NCBI GenBank assembly: GCA_037379345.1
Contig: CM074518.1
Location: 2,852,001 to 2,916,000 of the forward strand
DNA length: 64,000 nt
Direction: 5' to 3'
From: Perna viridis
Lineage: Eukaryota
In this document: positions 1 to 12,700 of the stretch, in pieces
How the letters are laid out: each line of letters begins with the position of its first letter
How positions within the stretch are numbered: position 1 is the first letter of the stretch
Translations under genes and position numbers: made by a program
Notes under the pieces: generated by a model
What the model was told of the DNA's origin: nothing
Seen by the model: the letters and a program-made list of their open reading frames with translations, nothing else
Databases searched by the model: none

Positions 1-595
1 ACAAATACTGTAAGTTCTACTCTGTAACTTTAGGATAGGAAGAAATGGCTTTATTACTTTGTAAAGTTTACTCTACCTTAGGGAGGTCCATTTTATAACA
101 CAACTATTAGTCTGCTCAGGAGAAAATATTGTCATTACATTTAAATAACTTATTAACCAGGAAAAACCCTTCTTCTGAATACTTCATTAACCAGGGAGAG
201 TCTTCCTTTTCAATGTTTTTTTGACCAGAAAGAACCATCCTTCCCGATGCTTCATTGACCAAGAAAAACCCTCCTTCTCAATATTTCATTGATTAGGAAG
301 AACCGTCCTTCTGGATACTTTTTACTGGGGAAATCCCTCCTTCTACATACTTCACCCTCCTTCTCCATATTTCATTGACCAGGGAGAACCTTCCTTCTAA
401 AAAGTAAATGAAATAGAAACAACAAAAAATACTCTCATGCCACTCAATGTTTGTTGACATGTGATTGAACTGATCTTTTTATCAGCTGTTTTGTAGTTAC
501 TTCCCAGAAATTGTAAACAAAACAATAGTATTTGTTTGTCTGAATGTAGTGTAGTTGTTTTTTATTTCTGAAACTATCTGTATTATGATTTACAG

Positions 596-3500
596 ACCAT
601 GACTTATGGAAAAAGTATGTACCCCAGCCTGTATCTGTCAAAACAGGAAATGTCTCCGATTACTATGACATACTGGAAGAACTTGGGAGGTAAGAAATAT
701 GCTGGTACAGGAAATTGTCTCAGATTTTGGTATTCTTAAAGAACTAAGAAGGTAAGATCTTTACTGAGACAGGAAATTGTCTCAGATTACCGGTACTATG
801 ACATTCTTAAAAAACTTAGAAGGTAAGATCTTTACTGAGACAGGAAATTGTCTCAGATTACCAGTACTATGACATTCTGGAAGAACTTTGAAGGTAAGAA
901 ATATACAAGGTTACTAGTAAATACTTCAAAACATTGCCAAAAGGTCTTCATCAAGTGTAAACACACCTTTAAGTAAGCTTTGAAAGGTTAACTTAATTTC
1001 TGAAAGAATCCAGTCCAAATCATAGCCAAAATTTGATTTTGTTTGTAATTCAATTGCACATTGTGGACCAAATCAACATAAATGATGTCACAGTATCAAA
1101 CCAGATTACACAAAATATCCTGATTTGGTCTTAGAGAACTAACCAACCAAAACTCATTTTACAAATCAAATTAATTTATTTACTGATAAACTGTTAATCA
1201 GATCTGGTAGCAGTTTTTCCAGGTATAATAAATATAAATGTTAGTTTGTTCCTTTTTTACAGTGGAGCTTTCGGAGTTGTTCACAGATGTGTTGAGAAAT
1301 CTACAGGGCGTGTATTTGTAGCCAAGTTCATCAATACTCCTTATCCATTAGATAAATATGCTGTAAAGAATGAAATCAACGTAATGAACCAATGTCATCA
1401 CCCTAAACTCCTCCAGTTAAAGGATGCATTCGAGGATAAATATGAAATGTGTCTTATCCTGGAGTTGTAAGTTTTACTACAATGTATATTATCAATAAAA
1501 ACATATGCAAACATGGGCAAAACACACTAAAAAATATCTTGAACTGAACCTTAGGAAGGAAGTAGGATAATTTGTGATTTTATGTTTAGTTCTACAAATA
1601 TCCAAAATATCTACATGAGTGTTTAGATACTTGTAATTACAATGGACTATGTATTCACAAAAACAGAATGTTACATCGCCTGATAAAAAAGATGAATTTT
1701 TAATTATTAAGAGTGAAAACATAATTAACAAGTGTTCAATTTATGACTTTTAAGTAGTGAAAGTTTGGTATGTTTGATACAGTTAGAAGAATTACTTAAT
1801 AATTGAGAATATCATCCTGTTTCAGTTTGGCAGGTGGAGAATTGTTTGACAGAATAGCAGCAGAAGATTACAAGATGACAGAATGTGAAGTTATTAACTA
1901 CATGAGACAAGTCTGTGATGGACTTAAACACATGCATGAGAACAGTATTGTACATTTAGATGTTAAAGTAAGTTAATCATATTCATCCTCATTATATGAA
2001 ATACCATGTTCTGGGACTATACTCCAATCAACTAATTATCAATCTGTAGAAAACACACATTTTGTGTCAATTCTTCTAAGAATTTTTGTTTTTAAATTAC
2101 TGCACAAAGATTATTTTGACAAGGTTAAGGTATATACTTAAAAGTATTAGTCGAGTCAGTAGTAGAATAATATACTTTTTATCAGAGAATAAATTTCAAA
2201 TTGTCATTTATCAAAATAAAATAAAAGTTCATGAGTGTACCATTTTGAATGAATTAAGTTTCTTTTGTAAGTAGTATCTATTTCTAAATGTTAATAAAAC
2301 AAACATATGTAATCGACAGCCAGAAAATGTGATGTGTACTACCAAGAATTCCAATGAAGTCAAAATGATTGACTTTGGACTTGCTACAAAATTGAATCCT
2401 GATGAAGTTGTCAAAGTAACAACAGCTACAGCAGAGTTTGCTGCCCCTGAAATAGTTGACAGGGAACCAGTAGGATTTTATACTGATATGTGGGCTGTTG
2501 GTGTCCTTGCCTATGTCCTGTAAGTAATCTTCATATTGGAATCATTTTTCCTGTTCGTCATTCTGTCCGAGTTTTGTCACAAAAATCTTGACTTTCAACG
2601 ATTAGATTGGTTTCAAATTTAGTGTGGCATTATAGATGGGGCATATGTTGTAAGCAATTTTGAGTACTGTCCAATATCAACTTTATGCTTTATGGGACTT
2701 TCATTAAATTATAGTTTTTGTCACAAAAATTTCTGCTCTAAATGGATGGATTAATTTCAAATTTTGTGTGTTACTTAATATAGATGTGGCATACCTTGTA
2801 GGTGGTCAGATATCTACTTCCTGTAGGAGTGAAGTAATGTCTAGCATTACAATGTCTGCAACTTCATGGTTGATTTATTTTTCACTATTTTTCTTAGAAT
2901 GAAAGAAACAGAATAATAACATCCCTTCTCATATGTTGTATTCTTTTTTATGAATATGGTGAGGATATTGAAACATTCATCAAAGTCCTACAGATCTAGC
3001 AACTTTGAAATCACCTTTTAAACCTTTTAAACAATTTTACAGATTAAGTGGATTATCTCCCTTTGCCGGTGAGGATGACTTAGAAACTTTAGCCAATGTT
3101 CAGAGATGTGACTGGGAGTTTGCTGATGATGCCTTCTCTAATATATCACCAGAGGCTAAGGACTTCATCAGACAGCTCCTAATCAGACAACCTCAGTAAG
3201 TCATGCAATTAACTCCTATTAATTCCTCTTGATTTAAGCCTATAGTACAATCAAAACAATCAATAAAAACTCAACAAAATAATTTTACATGTTTTATATT
3301 TATACATTTTATACAAGTACTTAAGTAACAGTGTTTGTAAGCATCATGCAAATTATGTAATACACCCCAAAAAAATGGCTACACATTTGTATTTTTGTTA
3401 TTAAGTTGCATTATGGGTCTAAATTATGAAATACATTATTATTCATTCCAATCTGTCTGTTCTTAGGAAATAGTTCATGTCAAAAATCCAATAGTTTCTA

Positions 3501-3765
3501 TTGTATATCAGTGTCATTTACGGAGTTTTCTCCCTTAATTTTGAATTTTACGATGCATTCTATATGATTTTTATCTCCTAAGACCAAGGGATATATGAAA
3601 AGCCACATGATACTTTCTGTCTACTATAACATTTTAAACAATATATAAAAATAAAAATGTATAGGTTTTCCTACTATGAATCACATTTTGCCTGATTCTT
3701 ATCTGAATTTGTTTTTTAGGAGAAGAATGACAGTACACGAATGTCTTGATCATCCTTGGTTAAAG
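596..3765 (+). CDS. unc-22: Twitchin Ser/Thr kinase domain exons (MLCK/titin-kinase type)
   Basis: Six exons encode GSGAFG, VAK, HLDVKPEN, DFG, APE and ...RMTVHECLDHPWL in the expected order. Confidence 0.95.
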
Positions 3766-6700
3766 GTAGGTGTACACATTAAGGGGGAGACTCCCATAAA
3801 ATCAGGTGTTCACCCTCTCACATTAAGGGGGAGACTCCCATGAAATCAATGAAAAGTTTAAAATCTTCCACATAAAAATGAAAGATTTGTGTATTTGGTT
3901 AAAATTACTATATTTTATACGTAATTAAATTTTTTTCCTTGAAATCTTTGCTGTTATGAAAAAGTTCTTCCACATGAGACAGTGTCAGTGGATAAGAATC
4001 TCCGACATGAACTGTTCCAAAGGTTAACAGGTATGAAAGTGTTCACCTTGGTTGAGTCAATTATTTTACATATTAATTTTAGTTGAGTTGAACATGTCAT
4101 AGAGTCAAGTTTTATTAATTCACCAACTTTATGTCAGTTATGGGCGTTGACTTATAAATGATGACTCACAATTTTGTAAGGCTTTAGTTATATTATCACT
4201 TCTTCTAAAAGAAGATAGCATCCATATTATGTTTATATTAAATTTAGAACTTATTAACAATGTCTTGATTTTCAGGGTGATTTGAGTAGTAGAACAACCA
4301 GAATACCATCCAGTCGCTATGACAACATTAGGAAGAAATTAAAGGCTAAATATGTAAGTTTTGTCTGTGAAAGCTATTACAGGTTTTTGCATCTTTACAA
4401 AAAAGATATGAAATTTATTAATTTAGGATGATGTATTTTTGGGGAGATATTTATTATCATTTTAAATGTTGCTGTCTCTTTGTATACATTTCATTTATAG
4501 AAGTCCGTATATAAAGCTACTTGACTGAAAGAGTCAGCACGTGTTATTTGAAGTAACATGACTGATTAAAATAACATCCTGTTTTTTTATAAATATATAT
4601 TTACATTTAGATGACTGGAAAAGTATTCTGTTAACAAATTTCAAAACCTATTTGTTTTGCTTTTAGGCTGACTGGCCAGCACCTAATCCAGCTATTGGTC
4701 GTATTGCCAACTTTGGTGCTCTCAGGAAAAACAGACCAAAGGAATTCTCAATCTTTGATGCCTGGTTTGGTATGGGTTCTTTATTTATACTGGTTCTATA
4801 TACAATGAGATAGTAGGTTTAGTTAATTGTATTTAGAAACATTTTCTCCGTAATTCAATTTTTTCATTAACCCAAGTACAAAAAAAATGTATAGTGTTCT
4901 CTCTCAATGGTGTATTTTTCAATTGACCAAGTTGTAGAGATTTTCTTTTTAAATTTTTCTTGTGTTGAAATGTGAGGAAAGGAAAACTATATATTTACAA
5001 ACAAAATTTATTTATAGACCGCAAGGAAGCAGCACCAAGATTTATCAGAAAACCAAGGACTGTTATTACTGCTGAAGGTCAGACAGCCAAGTTTGACTGT
5101 AAAATCATTGGAGCTTCTCCACCCATTGTCACTTGGTAAGATTAGTTTTACTTCTCCACCCATTGTCTCCTGGTAAGATTAGTTTTACTTCTCCACCCAT
5201 TGTCTCCTGGTAAGATTAGTTTTACTTCTCCACCCATTGTCACTTAGTAAGATTAGTTTTACTTCTGCACTTATTGTCTCTTGGTAAGATTAGTTTTACT
5301 TCTCCACCCATTGTCACCTGGTAAGATTAGTTTTACTTCTGCACTTATTTTCTCCTGGTAAGATTAGTTTCACTTCTCCACCATTGTCACTTGGTCAGAT
5401 TAGTTTTACTTCTTCGCCTATTATCACTTGGTCAGATTAGTTTTACTTCTCCACCCATTGTCTCCTGGTAAGATTAGTTTTACTTCTCCACCCTTTGTCA
5501 CTTGGTAAGATTAGTTTTACTTCTGCACTTATTGTCTCCTGGTAAGATTAGTTTTACTTCTCCTCCACCCATTGTCTCCTGGTAAGATTAGTTTTACTTC
5601 TCCACTCATTGTCTTTAGGTAAGATTAATTTTACTTCTAAACCCATTGTCTCCTGATAAGATTAGTTTTACTTCTCCACCCATTGTCACTTAGTAAGATT
5701 AGTTTTACTTCTGCACCCATTGTTACTTGGTAAGATTAGTTTTACTCTCCACCCATAGTCTCCTGGTAAGATTAGTTTTACTTCTGCACTTATTGTCTCC
5801 TGGTAAGATTAGTTTTACATCTCCCCCCATTGTTTCTTGTAAAGATTAGTTTTATAACATTGTATCAGTAATATCTGTTCTAAAGTTACTTATCAAAGAG
5901 AAAGAAACTGTTACATGTTTGTAGTAATTGTTAATTATGTACATGTGTAGTTCTCAAAATGTGATGAATTGCACTAACATTTGAATGTGATTACCCAAGT
6001 CATCTCACTGAAAGACATAGATTTTATAACTGAGAATTTTTCCTCCATAAAAATGTCAATTGTCTACATATATCTTCCATAGGTCATTCGACAACTCTGT
6101 TTTGTCTCAGAGTGTCAAATATATGCAGAAATACCGTGGAAATGAGTATGAACTGAAGATCAGTCGTATCAAGATGTCGGATAAGGGTGTATATACTGTA
6201 ATTGCTGAGAACTCTTTTGGAAAGAAAGAAGAACATGGAACACTTAAAGTGGAAGGTAAAATACACTGAAACTTCTTTATAAAAAAATGTATTTTTTCCT
6301 TCTCATAATGTCAAGTAGCATTTCCAACACTTTTTTACAAATTATTACGAATAAACTTATGAAGACATTAAGAAATTCTATATATGACAATGTTCTAAAC
6401 AATCCATTATGTTGATAGTAATCTATTCTCATTGGTTTATTATTAGCCAATCCTGATCTACCAAAGATACCCAGCAGCAGAGACACAACTCCCCTTAGAA
6501 GGTAAGAATTAAGTTTGTTACATAAAAATCATTTTTATTTTATTCTCTAAAACTGGTCAAATCATTCTGCATTCTTCTAAGCTGGTAATTTGTTTGTACG
6601 GAAAATGCTCAAATTCTTTAAGGGAAGGACTTATTGACTTATATCTACCATAAACTGATTTATTATGGTTTTTTACATGACACACAATATTTTCCAACAA

Positions 6701-9700
6701 GGTGTTACTCGATACATTTACATGACACAAAATATTGTTCAACAAGGTGTTGCATTTACATAAAGTGTATGTTCAGTGGTGTACATTTTCTATGTGACTT
6801 CTGACACAATAATGCCTTTTTATATTTAAATATGTAAATGTACCATATAGGGGTCTGCAATATGATAAACTTATGCTTTTTATCCATTAAAAATTAAAAC
6901 AATTCATGCAGTCATAAATGTGTACTTAATTAATCATTGGCTTAACATTACATTTATAAATGGTATCCCTCCCTGGCACTTAAAATTAAATTTGAATATA
7001 AAGCTATCATCATTCCAAGAGACTGCATCATTAGATTATTAATTTATTTCTGCATTATAGATCCAGAAGACCATCAATGTCACCAGCTCCAGAAGTTAAA
7101 CCAATCGAGGAAGCTCCAAGAATTAGTTTTGGTTTACGTCCCCGCCTCATCCAAGCTGGCACAGAATTTAAACTGCTCACCTGCGTACAGTCTACACCAA
7201 CTCCAAAGGTATTGTGGCATGGTTATTTACGTCTACTTACATAAATGTTGTCCAGTATCACGTATGCTTAAAACAGTAATTGTGGCAAAACTAGAAATTG
7301 TAAACTTGAATTGTCAAATGAAAGACACTCTCCATATAATTAAATTCAATCATTTTCCCCGTAGGAATAATGCATTTGTATTTTTTTCATAAAGAGAAAA
7401 CTTTGCCATTATCTTTTATAGCAAGAATATTTTAAAAAATATTTTGGGATACTGAAATCTCTTTAGATTCACTTTTATGGCTAGCCAAAGTGGACAAAAA
7501 TCAATATTTTGTAATATTAGGCAATGAATTTTTAATATTACAAAATCATTTTTAGCTTGCCTGGCCAAAGGCAATGTGAGCTATTGCCATCGCTTGATGT
7601 CCGTTGTCGTTGTCTGTTTTCGTTAACAATTATACAAAACTCTTCTATTCTGAAACTACTTGACTAATTAGAACCAAACTTGGTATAAGTGTTCCTTGGG
7701 ATATCCTGCATAGAACTGATGTGGGGATTTTTGATTCGTAGAAAAGCATGGCCGCCGTTACTAAAAATAAAACATAGGGGTCAGACAGTAGTTTTTCACA
7801 TATATCTCCTAAACCGTTAGGTTTAGCTAAATTCTGACATCAGCTAAAAGTGTTCAGCATGATGAGATCTATCTCTGGTCAAATTATGGTTTTAACCTGT
7901 TAAGCCATGTTGGAGTTATTGCCCTTTTTCAACAATTTTTGCTATTTTTAATGTTATTTCTTTCAAAAATCTTCTCCTATGACATTATTGATCAATTGGA
8001 ACCAAACTTGGTACAAATGTTCCTTGGTGTATCCTGCATAGAGCTATGGTGGGGATTATTGATCCATCAAAAAACATGGTAGCCGTTACTAAAAATAGAA
8101 CATGGGGGGGGGAAAAATGACTTTTTTAACAATTTGCAGTGTATATTTTGAAATCTATGATAGATTAAAAGAAACTTTGAATTGTTGAAAAGATCTTATG
8201 ATAAGTCCTACCAAAGACTTCTTGAGTCAAAGTTGTTGGACAACTTCTTGTTAAATTTATTGCCTTTGAAAGGCAAAATTCAACCAGGTGAGCAATTCAG
8301 GCTCATGGGAGCCTCTTGTTTTAATATTAGAAATTCATTTTGTAATATTAAAAATTCATTTTCTAATATTACAAATTTCTGATTTAGTATTATTATAAAA
8401 CATCACACATTTTGTAATATTAGAAAATGACTTGGCTATATTGCAAAATAAGTCACATTTTTTAATACTGCAAAATGATTTTCTAATATTAAAAAATCAT
8501 TATTGAATACGACAAATCCATTTTCTTATATTAGAAAATCAATTTGTAGTATTAAAATGTTGTATTTCAGTATTAGAAATCCAGTTGACTTTTAAATATT
8601 GAAAATGTGTTTTGTCTAATTTGTAATATTAGAAAATGAATTTGTAATATTGAAAAATCATTATTTAATATTAGAAAACACTTATTTTATAACGTTAGAA
8701 AACACATTTTTTTAATATTACAAAATCATTCTTTAATATCAGAAAATATTTTTTAATATTATAAATTTATTTTGTAATGTTATAAATTCATTTTAGTGAT
8801 TTAGTAATATTTTAAAACATCACACATATCGTAATACATGTATTATAAATTTAATTTGAAACATTAGAAAATGAATTAGTAATACATTGTATTAGAAAAT
8901 GAATTTGTAATATTGCAAAATCAGTCACATTTTTAATATTACAAAATGATTTTCTAATATTAAAAAATCATAATTGAATACAACAAATCGTTTTTCAATA
9001 TTAGAAATTCAATTGATTTTTTATTTAAAAAAAATGTTTTTTGATATAAGAAATTCAATTTGTAATATTAGAAAATGAATTTGTAATATTAAAAAATGAT
9101 TTTTTAATATAAGAACATACTCATTTTTGTCCACTTTGGCTTGCCATACACTTTAGTTCTTCTCGTATACTTAAACCATATTATTTCAATCATATAACAG
9201 GTAACATGGTCAAAAGATGGGAAAGATATCTCTAAAGATCCCCATTACATGTGCAGTTATTCTGGTGGTGTAGCCACAATTGAGGTACAAGGTGCTAGAA
9301 TGGCTGATACTGGTGTCTACACTATCCATGCTGTCAATGAGCTGGGTGAACATGAAACCTCCTCTAAAGTTGTCGTTGAAGGTAAGTTTTGGTCTGACCT
9401 ATATGAAATCTCTTCTCAAGTTGTTGTTGAAGATAATTTTGTTTCTGAATCCTATGAAATCTCTTCTCTAGTTATTTGAAGGTAATTTTGTTTCTGACTC
9501 CTATGAAGCCTTTTCTCTAGTCATTGTTGAAGGTAATTTTGTTTCTGACTCCTATTGAACCTCCTCCTAGGTTGTTGTTAACATTGTGATTGACTCATAT
9601 TACTCAATGCTATGTTTATAATTTTGGATTATTAATGGTACAACTTGCCATGGTTTGAATCCAATGAAGAAACTTTTTCTGAACTAAACTTAGAGGAATC

Positions 9701-12700
9701 AGTGAACAACATCGTTATCTAGTAGAGAATATTCTTAATATTGGAAAAATATCCAATTGAGCAATAAATATGTTTAAACTAAACTCATTTCTTTGTTCGT
9801 ATCTTTAAACATTTTTGGTTCCCTAGAACTGTAATTAAAGTCTCTAGATTTATTGTTGAAGTTTGATTTTTCTGTTTTGTTTCAATGATAGATAATGAAT
9901 GCGATTTGTTTTATTATAGACCGTGCTCATGACTTTGACAAAGCTGACATTTTCAAAAGTCACAAACAGTCAAGGTCAGCCAGGAGAACAAAATCAGGAT
10001 TTAATTTTGAGGATTCCAGTAGCAGTTACACAGAGACATCAACATCATCTTCTTCAACAAAAACATCAAGATCGTCACGACGATTTGAATCTTCAACAGA
10101 GGAATCTTATTCTTCATCTTCTAGCAGACGTAGTAATAGGAGAAGTAAGTAAATTTAAGTGTCCTCTGTTATGATAAAGAGTTTTCTTAATTTACAGCTT
10201 TTATCTACTGAAATAGTAATAATCTTGTCATAAGATATTCCTGGATTATATGTATATTTGTTGACCACTTACTTTTTGGAATTGAATCGATCGAAAACAA
10301 GACATAAAAATAGATAAAGTTATGATGCAATTTTTATTTCCATACTTCATGCCATAATGCAAATATCATTTCTTTAATTTTAGAAGAGATAGAAGAGCCA
10401 TCATATGAAGCTCCAGAATTTACCACACAGTTATCTCCCCTTATCTTAGATGAGGGAGACAGACTGAAACTAACCTGCACTGTCAAGGGTCGTCCTGATC
10501 CTGAGGTGGAGTGGTTTTATAATGGTCAGGTAGGTCTAATTTCTATAATCTCCAAACATCTTGGAGAAGAGGGATAACTTTAATTTACCAGCACTATTGA
10601 GGGATGACCTCATCCTGAGGGAAATTGTTTCATTGTGGTCAGGTTGATCTTCAAAATATTATTAGTTACAATTCACTAAAATTATTTCAATATTTGTTAT
10701 TGTAAACTTGAAACTAGTTGGTAGTTTGTTAAGACCTTGTTTACAAATACAATTTTCTTAACAAAAGATGTATGTAGTTTTTTTTGGAAGTTCTAAATAG
10801 TTAAATATTTATGGTTAAAATAATATAAAATGACTGAAAATCACCACCAATTAAGTATTACAATAGAAATTAATATGTAAAACAAGATGTTAGATTATCA
10901 ATATTATCTTTCTTTCCAGCTAATGCAGAGTGATGATGCCATAAAAATAACTGCTATAGGAGGAGTACACACCTTAGTTATAAATAGTTGTATTTTAGAT
11001 GACGATGGCTCTTATGTTTGCAAGGCCAAAAACCCTGGTGGCCAAGCCTCTACACGAACAACAGTACAAGTTAATGGTAAGATTTGTCTCACACACTGGA
11101 GTTATTGAAATTAAATTAATTTTCATTTTTAGCTCACCTTGCCAAAAGGGATATGAGAGTTATTGTCATCACTTGGCTTCCGTTATCGTCATTAGTTGTC
11201 AATCATTTTGCATAAACTTTACTTAAACATCTTCTTTAGAACTACTTGACAGGTTTCAATTATAATAGGCATGAATGCTCTTTAGGGTATCGTGCACAAA
11301 AATGGCATTTGGAGTTTTGATCTGTTAAAAAAAACATGGCAACCATGTCATTATGGCAACGAAGATGATCCAACAATAAACTAAATTTGTATGACATTGA
11401 TAGCCTTTGTGACGATAAGTGGTGGAGAACTAATAATAGAGCATAGCAGAATACAGTAAACAGACAAAATAATTTGGCGTCCATTTCTTAACAAGGGTTA
11501 ACTTCTATAAATATATATATGGATTTAGGCTACTTGTTTTATGTAGAGAATGAAATGAGATGAATCTTCTCCATACAAATAATGTATTTAGAATAGAAAA
11601 CAAAACATCACATGGAAGCCAGCTGCAACTGAACTTATAAAAATAAAATTATTTCACCTTAAATAATTAGGTTCAGAAGAAGAAACAAAAAAAATGCTTA
11701 AAACTTCAAATTGTCCTTATTTTTACTTGCCTGTCCTTGATCACAAGTTTTCACAGAGGTTTTGAAGTTTAAATAATGTATTTCTCATTTTTGCGTTTTA
11801 CAGAAAAGAAATCTTTATCGTCATCTAAACCAGACTTTATAGAACATCCTGCTGGTGTTAGTTTAGAAGATGGTGATCAAGCCACTATTGCAGCCAAAAT
11901 TTCAGGTACAACTCTCTTAATGTCAATATAATGGGATTGGAATATATAATTACTGATATTCAGATATAGTTATCTGAATCAGATTTTATTATTATTATTG
12001 TTCTCACTAGTAAATGGTTTGATGACATCTTGTCATATTAAGGAACTGTTTCTACAGAGTACTTTATCTCATTTAGATTCTTTTTTTATAAATATTTCTC
12101 TTTCATTTTTAATTTCTGTAAGTATATATTAATAAATGTGTTCTGTGAGATTATTTTGTATAGCAATTTTTATTGACGTTTTTCTACAAACTTTGATGGT
12201 TTTGAAATGCCAGATTGTAATTTACTTTGATGTGCATGTATTGGTGGTGATTGCTGTGTGATTTTGGAAACCAATCCTTGGTGTGATATTTCCTATTTAC
12301 CTGTTTTCCTTTCAAAATTTCTTGATATACCTCTGCCCCAAAGGAGAGAGTATACTGTTTCTGTCTGTCCATCAATTTTTGGTTTTTCATAACAGTATTC
12401 CATGCAACTACTTGTTACAGTTGCTTTTTATTTCAACACAAGCATTATTTACTACTAGGTTTGCCTTCAGTGGTATGGGATTTTGAGCTTAAAGGACAGC
12501 GTCTTCCAGTTTGACATTTAGTTCATAACATATACTTAGATTGGGGTGCAGAGTATCACTAGATTGAATTGGATCACATATTTTTTATGTTGTACCATCA
12601 TTTAGCAGGATAGTTATAATCTTTAGAAATTTTTTTGAAAGGTAATGACAAAGGTCAAGAGGTCAAGTTTGAATTTAATTTTGTCATGATTTAGGAAACC

